Assembly (NCBI RefSeq): GCF_009914755.1
Contig: NC_060933.1
DNA: 64,000 bases
Origin: the human T2T-CHM13v2.0 reference genome, Homo sapiens
Direction: 5' to 3' (one strand)
Part shown: piece after piece, positions 38,620-53,240 of the stretch
Layout of the letters: each line of letters starts with the position of its first letter
Numbering within the stretch: the first letter of the stretch is position 1
Notes under the pieces: generated by a model
Told to the model about the DNA's origin: nothing
Databases searched by the model: none
What the model saw: the letters and a program-made list of their open reading frames with translations, nothing else
Program-made: the position numbers and the translations under genes

Positions 38620-40090
38620 TTGTACATCAATCTCTCATCTCAGAATTAGAATTCAGAAGTAAGATGGTTGGGAAGGGATGCATATTAACACATTGCTTTG
38701 AAATTGAAGTCAGTTTTTTCCTAACTGAAGCTAGATCTGGCTTGGCTGCTGTCTTGATGAATGGACTGCTTTGCCAAATAGGTTACATGGCAGGCATTTC
38801 CATGAACTGAATGAGCTGCACCTAAAATGCCATGATTTGGATGAAAATGTACTTAAAGCATATGATGAGATAAAATAACTTCATTGAAAATCGTGAGGGT
38901 GGAGCGGGGAATGAAGAGTAGCTGCTAATAGGTATGAAATTTCTTGCTGGGGAGATGCAAATGTCCTGGAATTAGACAGTGGTGATGGCTGCACAACTTT
39001 CTGAAGATACTAAAACCCACTAAATTGCACACTTTAAAAGAGTGATCTTTCTGGTATGTGAATTACATCTCAATTTGAAAGGCAAAAAAAAAAATTGTAT
39101 TGGCAAAGTTGTGTTAAAATGACTAGTATTTTAATTTTCCTAACCTTTTCCATGTTAACAAGGAATCTCTAAGTAAATGAGTAGCAGGTATAATTAGCAG
39201 TCATCTGAGAAGTTTGGGGGCAGTCTTTTTGGTGTATTTCCCAGAATCAAGACAGTGAATGACAAATGACTGGGTAACAAATACATTTTCATGTCTCATG
39301 GTTTCCATTTCTTTTCTTTTGACAAAATTGAAGGGGGACCAAGTTGATTTGTCAGGTGACAGGTCATTACTAATTTTTGATAATAGTTTATAATGTAATT
39401 TTTGACATCATAAAACTCCTTTCATTGATCTCTTGTTTTTGAGGAGAACAAAGTTTCTCACAATGTTTTTCTAAAAATGTGAAATAGAAATAGAATTAAT
39501 TTTGGACCCCATTTCATTTTAGCAATAAGTAATTTTCTTCTGTGAGTATATCAGCTGATTGAAAAAAACACCTTTTTGATTATTTATTTAAACACATTAT
39601 AGAGCTATGTTGTTTTGATCAATTGTATTCTGATGATTATTGAAATTATAAACTTGGTCTAGAAAAAGCTGTTTAAACCTTACAGTCTTACAATGATACT
39701 GAAATTAAAATTTTAGTGTATGTGCATTTTTGTGTCAGAATAGAATGATAATGATGGTCATTTATGAAAATAACTTTCAAACATGACAATTGCTAAGATA
39801 TTCCTTAGCAAATGACAATTGCTAAGAAGTACGAGGAGTAAATGGAATGGAAATATGAGTTCAAGGAGAAAATGGAACAAGAAGCAAATAAAGAAGACTT
39901 TTCATGTATTTTAAAAATTGGTCATTGTGGGTACAGAATTGCTCCGCTACTTAGTTCCATTGGCAGAGTTTAAAAGAGTGATGTAATGGTTTTATTTTAA
40001 AATGCTAATATTTACAATAGTAAGGAAATGACATTCTCTGCAACTATTTAAACTCACAATAAAAGTTTTTAAAAATGTCATCTTAAAACT
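38620..40090 (+). mobile_element. Charlie/Buster-type hAT transposase relic, interrupted by an L1 fragment
   Basis: EVRWL at 38656-38670; IGYMAGIF..LNEL near 38778-38820; NRNRIN near 39480-39500; these are hallmark Charlie/ZBED transposase motifs, heavily degraded. Confidence 0.7.
38895..39093 (+). mobile_element. L1MB-like 3' terminus
   Basis: gacagtggtgatggctgcacaactttctgaagatactaaaacccactaaattgcacactttaaaa...tgtgaattacatctcaat plus A tail. Confidence 0.85.
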
Positions 40091-40371
40091 GTGAGGGAGA
40101 AAATGGGTTTTCAAATCCTGAGGGGTGATTGGATGTACCGGGGTGAGGGAGCTTTGCAGAGGAGGTGCTGGGAGCTGCACTTCGACAGGAGAAAGATGTC
40201 TGCCAGTCAGAGGAGGGCCCAGCCAGTTGCCTACTGGAGGCTGAGGTTTTAGGGGCAAAAGGCTGGCTCCTGGCACACTCACCAGGATGCCCATTACCAT
40301 AGCAACTGATATCGTGGCCATTTTGTAGACACCCAAGTGTGAGAAGCAGCTATGTGACGGTCAACAATGCA

Positions 40372-40387
40372 GCTGCAGATGGCAGCA
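40372..40387 (+). promoter_or_regulatory. Candidate CTCF-like motif
   Basis: gctgcAGATGGCAGCA; strong core, two mismatches in the 5' part of CCASYAGRKGGCRS. Confidence 0.3.
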
Positions 40388-43119
40388 CCCTTTGCTGGCC
40401 CCTGGCGAGTGTGTGTGCATGGCTCTCTGCTTTCTCTGTGGTGGCTGTTGTTCAGCGGCACCCTGAATTAGCCTGGCTTCAAACCCCAACTGCCTTCCCT
40501 TGCCCCACAGCATGCTAAGAGGACAGGACCACCCGTGCACCCCCAGGCTTCCAGAAATCAGGTGGCACTTTCAATCCCCAGGATCCAAGAGGATCAAAAC
40601 AACGAGGCCGAGTTTGAAAAATGGACAAGAATAAGCTCAAAAAGAGCAGAGCAGAGGCTTTATCTTTTGTTGTGTTAGTGAGAAGGAAAACCTTGGTAAA
40701 GTTGGTGTATGGGGACGGGTCTTGGCTTGGAGGGTTTCCAATTGACTTGAAAAGAAACTCGGGCCTTTTTGCCCTATGAACCCAGCTCAGAAGCTTGTAG
40801 GGGAAGCAAATTTGAACTGCAGACCTCAAAATTGTGTTTGTGTTGACTGGGGAGCCACAGAGCCAGGTAGCACGTTGGTAAGAGTTCTCACACTTCTAGA
40901 AAATGCTGCAGTTGGAGCCTGCCCGGGGTGGGCTGTCCTGGGGCAGGAGAGCAGCTTCAGGCAGGGTCCGTGCAGAGAGGAGCCCCCGAGGCCTGTCCTG
41001 CCCCCCACCTTCAGTGTGGATTCTGCATTTATGCTTATTTATTTTCAAGTGTGTATACAGATGTGTGGGTTTTCTGAAGAGATGTGAGGGGAGGGAAGCA
41101 AATGTAGCTGTGCGGAATGTTTTGAGCCACAGCCATCGGGATCCAGAGGAAAATGGTTGACTTTTTCCAGCCTGCCCAGATGGGCCGAGCGTGTGGCATG
41201 TTAGCTCTGGCAGGGCCCCCGGGCTCTGTAAACACCGCTGCGGCCCTAGGCCGGGACGCCATGTGGACTGTCAGGACTTGCTGCCTAATGGGCTCTCGCA
41301 GAGTCTTCCAGCCGCTTCCTCTGGTCTCTGTGGCTCTGGGGAAAGCCTCGGGGACAGGGTGGGAGTCAAGTTATTTGATTCTGTCCCTTGAGGTCCATTT
41401 GTCCACTTCCCAGAAGAGCTGGACTGACAGCGAAAGGGACGTTCTTCTCTTGGGCAGGAAGACCTTGCCAGCATCCATGCTATGTGTGTTTCAGGAGCGG
41501 AGGGCAGGTTCAATTAGCTGCGGCAAGTCAGGTCTCGGAGAGGTCGTGGGAGGCCCCTCACCCTGGAGCCAGCTCCCCTTCCCCTCTCTGTTGCTTTCCG
41601 GGTTCCTTTTTTATGTCCGCTCTGGATGAGTGCATTTGCCTTCTGCCCTTTTCACTTCAATGGCCCTGATGCCGTCGTGTCCCGGCGACACACGTGCATG
41701 CTGAGCTCAGCGGCGTGGATGGGTGCCAGGTGCCAGGCTCCACTGTCAGCAAATCACACCCTCTCCTCAGCCCGCCACAGCCTTTCTGAGACTTGGGTCT
41801 ATAAATTGCATCATGACAAGTCGCCTGGGAACTTCCCTCGCTGCTGGCAGCTCCACACCCATGCATTTCCTTTTCCTGTAAAAAAAAAAAAAAAATCAAT
41901 TCCCAGCTCAAACTCAAGAGAGAAGGTTAGTTATATCGAAACCTACTGCACATAGACACTATATTTTCAGGAAAATATTGTCACCTTTTGAAATCTGTCA
42001 CGTTGTGTTCCTTCCCGTTCCTGACCCCCTTCCTGGTCCCCTCCCTCCCCAGCCTTGACAGGAACAGTCAGCCTCAAGTCAAGCCTACAGCCACGCCCCA
42101 TGCCCCTACCCCAGGAGGATGCGTGCTTTCAGAAATGGTTCCAGTGGTGGTGAGGCCCTCAGCCCCCCAGGACCCTCCTGTCAGCAGGGGAAGTTGACCG
42201 AGAGGGATGCTTGGGGTCGGGAGGTTGAGCCTTAAGACAGAGATCTCGGACGCATGGCGGGTTTCTGCTTAGCTGATGATGTTGGGCAGTTTTCTCATCT
42301 TTGCCCCACCTTCCTCATTTCTGAAATAGGAGAGGAATAATTTCACAGGAGGAAATGAGCATCCAGGTCAGTCATCAGTTTCCAGTGTCAGGACGCTGCA
42401 TGGAGTGGTGTTCTCTCTTTACCACCCAACCAGGGCATGCTTTTCCACCTTTCCATGGATGCCAAGCCTTTGAATGAAAGCATCAGTCTCCAGGAGTCTT
42501 GGGCTAAAATCAAATCTATGAACTTAGAAAGGAGGTAGAATGGACATTTGTTGTTTTTGCTGCTCCCCGTTCATGCTAATAGCACCCCATTTCCTTTCCA
42601 GGAAATGACCTCATCCCCGTCCTGTGCATTCCAGGGAATTAGCTCACCCGCATGGTAGACTGTCAATCAAGGCGCCCTGCTCTCCCTGGCCAAGCGGTAG
42701 GCATGTTACTACAGTGGGGCCAACTGGATTCTCCCTTTTATGCATTGGATCTGGGGCAGCCTCACGAGTCAGGACACACGCTGCACTTGATACATACCAG
42801 AGTGCTTCCTCAGCCACAGCCATGGTTCCTGCCAGACCCCCCAGAGAGTCCCTGGTCCTGTTCACTCTGGCCGGGGGCAGTGGCCACCTGAAAAAGACTG
42901 ATGTTAGTTTCCTACCCGCCTGTGCTAAATAAGCAGAAAGAAAAGTTCTTCCCACCTGAATGGGTGAGCTGAGGGGTCAAACCACAGGGCACCCAACATC
43001 ATCATGCTGAGGATGAGAAATTAATCCACAAATGCTGCCTGAGCAAGGGACAATGGGACTCAGAAGTGCTAGAACTCTTTCCAGATAATGGAAACTGGAT
43101 CCTGGGATCGCAAAACATG

Positions 43120-43549
43120 CAGGTGGCTCTTGAGCAACGCGGGTTTGAACTGCGCGAGTCCACTTGTACATGGTTTTCCTTCCATCTCTGCCCCCAGAGA
43201 GAGCGAGGCTAACCCCTCCTCCTCCTCGTCCTCCTCGTCCTACTCCACATGAAGACAATGAGGTCTTTAGGATGGTCTGCTTTCACTTATAGACTAGTAA
43301 ATGTATTTTCTCTTCCTTATGATTTTCTTAGTAACATTTTATTTTCTCTAGTTTACTTTATTGTAAGAATACAGTATGTAATACATAAGACATACAAAAT
43401 ATGTGTCAATCAACTGCTTATCTTCTTGGTTTCCAGTCAAAAGTAGGCTATTAGTAGTTAGGTTTTTAAGGAGTTGAAAGTTCTGTGTGAATTTTTGGCG
43501 GCTCAAGGGATCACCACTCATAACTCCGACAGTGCTCAATGGTCAACTG
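43120..43549 (+). mobile_element. Tigger2a (MER28), full length
   Basis: TIR-like ends caggtggctcttgagcaac / gtgctcaatggtcaactg and internal cgggtttgaactgcgcgagtccactt. Confidence 0.9.
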
Positions 43550-43638
43550 TGTATCTTTCTGCATTTGTGTCAAATAAGGAGGGTCATTCATCTCTTCTTT
43601 CTCCTCCTCTGCTCCTTCCTTGTCTTTGAAAAAAAAAC

Positions 43639-44137
<499 letters not shown>

Positions 44138-44650
44138 TAGCTTCTCTGGAGTTGAAGCTGTTGCTGAAACTCTGTCAAACCAATTTAGCAAAACAAGCGG
44201 AAGAGGTAAAGTCATCGCTCTCCCCTCCTTCTTCACCCATGGCAGATAGGGTGGCTTTCTTGCAATCAGGCACAAATCTTCCTCTGTCCTACCTGGTCTA
44301 CTTTTTCTATTAAGACAACTTTTCACTGCCTAAGCTCACAGGCAACCTTGAAGGGAGCTGCATTTTCCTCAGCAAAATCGCGCAGGCCTTACCTGTTAAT
44401 GTGCCCGCGATGAGGCAAAACCGTGGCAACCATGTGGGTTCTACAGTGGAGGGGGCCACATTCCAGATGGGTCCTTAAGATCTGGAGATCTGGGTGACAT
44501 TATCTCAAAGAACAGGTGGACATTATCTCAGGACCTGGGGACAGCAGTTACAGGGGTGGAATAACCACAGCTTCCACTTCCTGTAGCTCAGCCCAGCGGC
44601 TGTGGAAAGGACTGTGGATACATTTTGACCACCCTTTCCAGTTTCTCTTT

Positions 44651-44990
44651 TGTATTAGTTATAGTAATTCATGCTAGCTGTTATAACAAATAGTCCTCAA
44701 ATTCCAATAACTGAATACAAGTGTGTTTCTCAGGTGTGCAAAGTCTGTCGAGAACGGGGTGGCTCCATGGCAGTGGTCCTCCAAGCAGTGACTCAGGGAT
44801 CATGGTGTGGCTTTGTGATCTGAGTTGGCTCAGGTACTTCTAGTCATGTGGACAGAAGAGAAAGAGTAAAAGGAGCACCAGGTTCTTAACCACCTGAATC
44901 AGAAGTGCGATGCCCTTGGCTACAACCATCATGCCACCCACCTAACCGTGGAAGGAGCCCATGGACATTGGTGAGCACGGCATGCTCTGT
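44651..44990 (-). mobile_element. Old MaLR LTR (MLT1J/K-like)
   Basis: tgtattagttatagtaattcatgctagctgttataacaaatagtcctcaaatt...gtgactcagggat. Confidence 0.6.
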
Positions 44991-45829
44991 AGCGCCTCAG
45001 TGTCCAAGCTCTTCAGCGAATCCCCCTCTCGACTCCTGGAGAAACTTCTCTTCTACACATATCCCTTAGGAAAGGTCTGAAACATACACAATACTAAGGT
45101 AAAAAGGAAGTATAAATGAGTGACATGTACTCTTCCTCAGAAATACACTGTTTTAGGCAGGCTAAACATCTTAACCTAAGATGGCAGCTCTTTCAGCTAC
45201 TACTTTGATGCAGAAGGATAAGCTTCTGCTGAGCAACGCTGGAGTTCTGCTAATTTCCAGGCTTCTGAAATGCAGGTGAATGCAGGTAAGAATGGCCTTG
45301 CTGACAGCTCAGCACCACACAGTCCCCAGGCCCACCCCTGGCCTTAGCAACCATCACTCTTAGGAGTAACAAGCGTGGAAGGCATTCTCATTGGAGATCC
45401 CTGTGTTAAATGAGGAGAGAGCTCAGTCTTTGGTTCCTCTGGCTCAGTGCTTGTCCCATTTGCCTTTTAATTTTCTGGTCAGACGTATGCTTGGGGCTTT
45501 GAGCTCACAAATGATGTGGGTGATTCCCATTGGGTGGCTCTGTCATCTGGTGGGTGACCCTGGAAGTTTATTCTTTGTGCTCTGATTTAGAATAGAAATA
45601 TAAGAAAGAAGTTGAGAAAAAAGTCTTCTTGACTCATAATTACAATGTGAATCAGTAATGAATCTCTAAGTTCAGTATGTGGGGAAGAACATTTTTTTCT
45701 GTCCATCTATCTCCTGGTTCCATGTCTAAGACCCAAGAAGAGAGCTGGAGCGAACGAAAAGGAAATAATAAAATTGTGGGGAACTTGGGAGAAATAATCA
45801 AAGGGAGGTTGAACTCAGGATGAAAACAT

Positions 45830-46258
45830 CAGGCCAAGGTAGCACCCTGAAGGCCTGTTGCCAGCCCTGGTGCCCATATGTATTTTGATTGGCCTCTGGT
45901 TTGTTGGTCCACACAGTATTTTGAAGAAAGTATGAATTAGTAGCCAACTTTTAAATACCTGGAGATTTCACATAAAAAGCCAGATTTCCACCTTCTCTTG
46001 AAAAATTAGAGTTTGGAACAGCAATAAGCCCATATTCCAGCAAAGCAACAGTTGGCCTGAACTCAGCAGGAGCTGCCCCTTCAGACAGGGCAGGGCTTGT
46101 TGCCTTCAAGTTGGCAATGGCCCCACCCCTCCCTATGGCTCCCCTGCACTAAGCCTCCATGTCACTCCTCTTCATCTGGGATTTCTCAGTCCCGGTGGGT
46201 CTCCCTATTCATACTGTTGCTTGGACTCTGGAAGGATTTGAGTCTGTAAGCCTTGACC
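45830..46258 (+). mobile_element. MER102-like hAT MITE
   Basis: ggagatttcacataaaaagccagatttccaccttctcttgaaaaatt...gctgccccttcagacagggca. Confidence 0.75.
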
Positions 46259-47964
46259 TAGGGAACTTCTATGCTTCGCAAGTTGCTGAAGAGCACTGAA
46301 GACCGTGATGGACTGGTGATGACAGACACTTGAATACAAGGGAAGAGCAAGAGAAATAGAATCACGGGAGTCTCATTGCTTCAGGGAATTCATGCGTTAT
46401 GATGGTCATGTGTCAGGAGGATAAGCTGGGAGTACTTCTGTCTCCGTTGTCACTGATGCCCCAAAGGCCAAGCCTGGTGCAGTAAGTGCCAGGTACCACT
46501 GTATCCTAAGCTGGTTGGGGGGACCAAGTCTGTGCCAGGCTTGCAGAGGCACCCCCAGATTAGGGGCAGGGAAGGGAGATGGCCCGTACAGACATCTTCT
46601 TTGAGGAGCTTCACCAAGAAAGGGAGTGGAGAGAATTGGGGCAAGAGTTGGAAAAGATGCGGTCAAAATGTTTGTTTTTTAAGCTGAGAGCCATCTCAGC
46701 ATTTGTTAATTGATTGGAATGATTTGATAGAAAGAGGAGACTGCTGGGGCTTGAAAGAAGGGTCAACTGAAGATGAGAGGTCTTCGAGTCAGCGAGAGGG
46801 AGGGGAATTGGGCTTTGAGACAGAAACACAGACAATGCGTGCAAAACGGAAGGAAGGCAGAGTCTAGGGGAAGTTGCAGTGAGGCTGGGGCACCTGGAGA
46901 TTTAGCTGTGGAATGTTCTTTGATAACTATGCCCTTCTTGTCCTTTTTTCAACTATTGGTAATAAACTTACTGAAATGGGGTTATATTTAATTTATTGGG
47001 TCTTATTTTCATGTAAGGTTGTGTAAGCTGCTCACTGCACAAGGCATCTGGCCAAGAGGATGAGCTGGGACAAAAGTCTAGTCCATGCTCTCTGCTCACA
47101 GCAGTGTGCCCTGGTGTGGGGCTAAATGCCCCTGGAGTAAGGGACATGTCCCCATTTTCCTGTTAGTTTGCACAGAGCACCTTTTGGCTAGAAGGGACTC
47201 TCCTTACTTTGTTCTCTAGTTTGGTGTGAGTTGATCCTGTCTTGGAAATGGGAGTGTAAGATCTCTGACGGAAGAGGTGGTCTTGCATTTGTTATCACCA
47301 GCAGCACCTAAGCCAGTGTGTGCTTCCCCTAGTATGGGCCATGGAATGCTTCTATGAAATGTAAATAGATGTTACGTAAAAAGAAATCTATTAGAAAAAA
47401 AGGCGGGGGGCGGGGGTGAATCTGCATAGAGAAGAGTCCTTCAGCATCACAAACGCCATTGGAAAAAGCAGCCGGCATGCTCCTTAATGATGCCTGATGG
47501 TGCTGCAGGTGCCCATTCGCATGGGAGAGAAGGGCTTCCATCTCTGCGCTCATCCTCCAGAGGCTTCTGCATGGAAAACCCTGCTTGGAGGTCTGTGTGA
47601 TGTCTCAGGGGGCAGTCCGACCCCCGGGGAAAGGTGTTGCATGGGCTGATCTGAGTGTGGTTTCCAAGAGTGAGGCTTGGGCCCTGGAGCAATCTGACTC
47701 CATAGTTTCTTTTACCAGGAAGACGGAACTTGCGAGCTTCCCTCCATCACTGTCAGGCCCTGGAACTATCCAAGAGCTCTTTCACTCATTTTCTTTAGAC
47801 TTTAAACTCCTCCCAGATTTCCCTCAAATCCATTCTAACCCTTTCCGTTTTCATTCTTTTCTCCAACAAAGAGCAAAACTGAAAAATGATAGACTGTCTA
47901 TTGTGTTGACTGAACAGTGGTGACAGCCATGGGTACTGATGTAAGGCTGCCTCAAGTTCTCAGT

Positions 47965-48150
47965 TTTAGTTGTGTGGATTTGGACAAGTAACTTCACTTC
48001 TCTGGGCCTCGGTTTCCTCATTAATAAAGTGGAGGTAATACCAGGACTGTTGTAAGAATAAATAAAGTAAATACATGTAAAATATTAAGGGGTTGGACCA
48101 TAGTCTATGCTCAGAAAATGATGAGGATGTCATCATCACCATTGTCATCA
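47965..48150 (+). mobile_element. MIR
   Basis: ttggacaagtaacttcacttctctgggcctcggtttcctcattaataaagtggaggtaata. Confidence 0.75.
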
Positions 48151-48281
48151 ATATCATTTTGATATGTTGATAGTATACTTGGTGCACTGCAAAATTCTAA
48201 CTGCAATCAGATTGCATTGATAAACCCTGGAGAGTTCTGGTTTGACTGACTGAATTTGTCATATTGCTGCACTCTTTTCTA

Positions 48282-48728
<447 letters not shown>

Positions 48729-48812
48729 TCATTAACATCCCATGCGAAAGATGGATTTGTAACCCCGTTAGTGCCTAAGGTGTTTCAGAGTATGATGATT
48801 GTCCTTGTGTGT

Positions 48813-49194
48813 TGATCTGGCTTGGATCTGTGTCCAGCCCAAATCTCCTGTCAAATTGTAATCCCCAGTGTTGGAGGTGGGGCTTGGTGGGAGTTGATTG
48901 AATCATGGGGGTGGATTTCCCTGTTCGTCTTGTGATAGTGAGTGAGTTCTCGTGAGACCTGGTCATTTAAAAGTATGTGGCACCTCCCCCCTTTCCTCCC
49001 GCTCCCACCATGTGAGACACCTCACACCCCTTTGGCTTCTGCAGTGATTGAAAGCTCCCAGAGGCCTCCCCAGAAGCTGATGCTGCCATACTTCCTGTAC
49101 AGCCTGCAGAACCATGAGCCAATTCAACCTCTTTTCTTATAAATTACCCAGTCTCAGGTATTCCCTTAAAGCAGTGTGAGAACGGACTAGTAAA
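48813..49194 (+). mobile_element. MST (MSTA-like) solo LTR
   Basis: tgatctggcttggatctgtgtcc...ataaattacccagtctcaggtatt...gaacggactagtaaa; 5-bp TSD tgtgt at 48808 and 49195. Confidence 0.9.
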
Positions 49195-50249
49195 TGTGTT
49201 CTAGGTGTAAGTGCTTCTTTGTAGATCGTTGCTGCTGTTCACATGCAGAGCACTGGAGACACAGGAGGATTAATTAAGGGCCCAGATTTGAGAGCCTGTG
49301 GGGCACCCTCCTTTAGAAGCAGGAGGGCAGGCAGAGGCACTGGGCCCAGGCAGCATTGTCTTGTTTGGAAACCCTGCGGACAGCCTCATTCTGGTCATTT
49401 TTCTAATTCCTGTCAGTCTTGATTCTCCATGAAGAGCTGTGCTGGCCTCGATGAGAATGCCCCTGGGGAAGCGATGACCAGACGCTTGCCTTTAGGGAGA
49501 GCTGTGTTCTCTCTGCAGGTCTTTGAACTTCCCCAGAGCAGTTATCTGGCCTCTAGAACTTATCCAAAATGTTTTCTTCAAGAAGCCCATTCCCTCGCCT
49601 GCAGCAGTAGTGTGGCACGGCCACTCTCTCATCTGGTTTCCAGCAGTTGGGTAGGGAGTGTTGTTTGCCTCCCGGACAGCACACACACAAGCTGGGGCTG
49701 CCCTCCACATGTTCTTGGAGAATTGGCACTCAGACCCCTTTTCCTGACTCTTTGTTAACATACACTTCAAATGACTGGGCAGGGCTTGATCTTAATCAAA
49801 TGTCTCCTTAATATCTGCCCTTGGCACAGATCCAATTCCTGAGCACTGTCTATAGAGGCATTTGTGTAATACATACATATACTCACACATATGGCCACAC
49901 CACCCACCGTCATAACATAAAGGTCCCAAGCATATGATGAGCCTATTTTTTTTTCCGGCAGAGATGGTTTAAATAAATGGACAACATAAGTACTTCTCCC
50001 AGCCGCACATCCTCAAGGTCAGCAAGAAGCAAATGGGGTAAAAAGTCCTGAGCCTAAAGTTCTCAACCTGTCTTGTTTTAAGCTGTGAGTGTAGGTGCAA
50101 TCGGATGAGTGTTTGCTGGGGAAGTATCTGGATATTTGAACCCAGATTCCCATGTAAGATTCTTTCAGCCCATTGAGGAAGATGGGTGCACACCAAAGGG
50201 GTCTTCTGGAGATGTGGTCTGAGGCAAATGTAAGCTCCAGAGCATACAG

Positions 50250-50432
50250 CTGTGTTTTTCAGCAGTGAGCTCTCAGGACTACCTGCATCTAATATCATGG
50301 GGAGCCAGTCAAAATGCAGATTCCTGGGCCTCACTCATGACTGCACAACTCAGAAGACATGGAACCTAGGTATTTTCATTTTTATAATATTTCCTGGGAG
50401 ATTCTAAAATATATATGCGTTTGAGAGCCATC
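50250..50432. mobile_element. MER5-type hAT
   Basis: aaaatgcagattcctgggcctcac...gtttgagagccatcg. Confidence 0.65.
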
Positions 50433-50449
50433 GATCCAGAGATTTTTAA

Positions 50450-50699
<250 letters not shown>

Positions 50700-51559
50700 A
50701 GATTTTCATTTAATACATTTGGGGGTGGATCACAGATGTCTGCATTTGGAAGAAGTACCATTGTGATTCCAATTCCAGTGCTCCTATGTGTCCCAGTGGT
50801 CCTCTAATTTTGGCAGGTGTGCAAGAGAATGAATGGGGGTAACATGGAGGGGTGGGGTTCCCGTTAAAGGTGGATTCCTGGACCTTGCCTTTAGAGTCCT
50901 CTGCATGTTCTGATGTGGGAGCCCTTGAAGACAGGGACCCACTGAGGGCATCCATGGACTCACCCCCTTGCCACTCCCCCGGTCCCAGGGATTCCAAGAC
51001 CACCTCCTTGCCCTTCCCACCCTGCACCCTTGGTACAGTCAGCACTGGAGCCAGGCCTGCCTATTGAGGGCGGGAATGTGCTCTGCAGTTTCTTCTTCCA
51101 GGGGATTATTCTAAGGCACTCCCCACCCTTCCTTTCATTTGAGTTCCATTTCCCTGGGATGATGATGACAAGTGCCAAAGAAATGTCTAGACCACAGATT
51201 CTGAATGTGAACAAAAATGCCTTAAAGTACAAAAGAGATTTTCTGCAATGTGAAGCCCAGAGGATTTTTGGTTGTTGTTGCATTAAAGCAGTGCCATAGA
51301 ACAAGGGGTGGGGTGGGAAACAGGGAGGCAACCTCTCCGATGGCTTTGCTGCTCTGGTCAGTTAATACTTACCAGGTGCTAGGAACAGAAATTGTGTTCA
51401 TCATGAAGGATCGATAACCCCATTACCCCCATCCTTAGATACCACAGCAAAGTCTAATGGTTTCTTTTTTTTTCTTTTTATAATAGTTTTTGTTTTTAAA
51501 TAAATTTTAATGTTATCGAAGTAATATATGCACATACTTTTGAAAGTCAGATATCACTT

Positions 51560-52100
51560 CCAGGAAATTTTTCTCATATTTTTCTTTGTTAATTTCCTGT
51601 CAGTGTCTTTTCTACTGTCTTTTTCTTGAACTCCTTTGCATGTTGAATCTCCTGGCTTAATCCTCTAATTGCTTATCTTTTTCTCTTCTGTAGTTCATTT
51701 TTTTTATCTTTCCTCCTGTCTGCCGGATTATGTTGTCTTTTTAAATCCAACCCTCTGTTGACATTTTTACTTAGCTGTACTATTTTTAATTTTCAAAATA
51801 TCTTCCTCATTTTTAGGGTATCCTGGTACTGCTTTAGGGACGTGATATCTTCTATTAATTCTTTGAGTTTACTGACTTCTGAAGTTTTAATTTTGCCCTC
51901 TAAATTGCTTCTCTTTCTTCCAAGGTACTGAAAAGGACCAAATCTCCTGAACTGGGGGCTGGGGAGAGAAGAGATTCATTGTTTGTGTTCTGGTTTGGGG
52001 GTGAGAGGAAGCTGTGAGTATCACTGTTCAGAATGAAGGTTTTTATTTAGAGCTTCTGTTTTCAGTTCATTCCAGATGCCTAACTCTCCCCATGCCTGAG
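51560..52100 (-). mobile_element. Old L1/HAL1-like fragment
   Basis: T-rich antisense LINE-like sequence ttcttgaactcctttgcatgttgaatctcctggcttaatcctctaatt. Confidence 0.45.
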
Positions 52101-52139
52101 TCTTTGTGCTCAGGGTCTCCTTAGTTGTGTTACACTAGA

Positions 52140-52463
52140 CTGATGCTGTCTAATACCATAACCTCTCACCACTGATGGTCCCTGAGCACTGGGAATGTGG
52201 CTGGTCAGAATTGAGATGTGCAGTGAGTGTAAAATACATACCTGATTTTGAAGACATTACAAAAAACAGTAAAATATCTCAGTTTTTAAAGTACTGATTA
52301 TACCTTATCTCAATTTGTAAAGTATTGATTACACATTGAAATAATGATATATTAGGTTAAGTAAAGTATATTATTAAAATTAATTTTACCTTTCTCAATG
52401 TGGCTGCTGGAAAATCTAAAATTACATCCAGGGCTCATATTATATTCCTGTTTGACAATGCTG
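52140..52463. mobile_element. MER33 (hAT-Charlie)
   Basis: gaattgagatgtgcagtgagtgtaaaatacatacctgattttgaagac...aaaattacatccagggctcatattatattcctgtttgacaatgctg. Confidence 0.8.
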
Positions 52464-52887
52464 CCCTTCTGTGGCTGCTGGGAAAGGGATCCAGTGGCCT
52501 CCCTGCTCCTGTCTTAGTCCCATGTGTCTATGGGAGCCATTGCCTCAAGTTCCTGATCCTTTCCAGGGCTCAGCAGAACAAATCCTTGCTACTCCTTGGC
52601 ATCCTCTGCAGCCTCTTGGTTTTAGCTTTCTCTGTTAAATTTAGATTAGTTACTATTGCCTCATGTGCTTTTCACCTTCAAAAAGTTGATTGAATTATCT
52701 CTTCTGCCATTCTCTTAGCATTTATGGGTTTACTATTTTCCTTTGCTGTTATTTGAGTGGGGTTTTGGAAGGGAATGGAGATAATGCTTGTGATCAATCT
52801 GCCATTTGTAAGTTCTAATGGCCCCTTGAATCAAATTAAATTGTCAGCTTTAAGGCACATGATAATTTCCCCTCTATGCCTAAAGCC

Positions 52888-53240
52888 TGTTAGTCAGCTT
52901 GGGGTGTCATAACAAAATATTGCAGATTGGGTGGCTTAAACTACTGTGATTTATTTCCCACAGCTCTGGAGGCAGGCTGATTGGCTCCTGGTGAGGGCTC
53001 TCTTCCTGGCTTGCAGGTGGCTGCCTTCTTGCTGTGTCTTCATATAGTGGAGATGGGAGAGGATGCAAGCTCTCTGGCATGATTTTGTATAAGGGCACTA
53101 ATCCCATCATGAGGGCTCCACCCACATGACCTCATACAAACTGAATTATCTTCCAAATGCCCACCTCCAAATACCATTACACTAGGGGTAAGGGGTTCAA
53201 CTTATGATTCTTGGGGTAGGGCATGTCAGTCCATGGAGCA
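52888..53240 (-). mobile_element. MLT1A-like LTR
   Basis: gtataagggcactaatcccatcatgagggctccacccacatgacct...cccacctccaaataccattacact. Confidence 0.85.
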
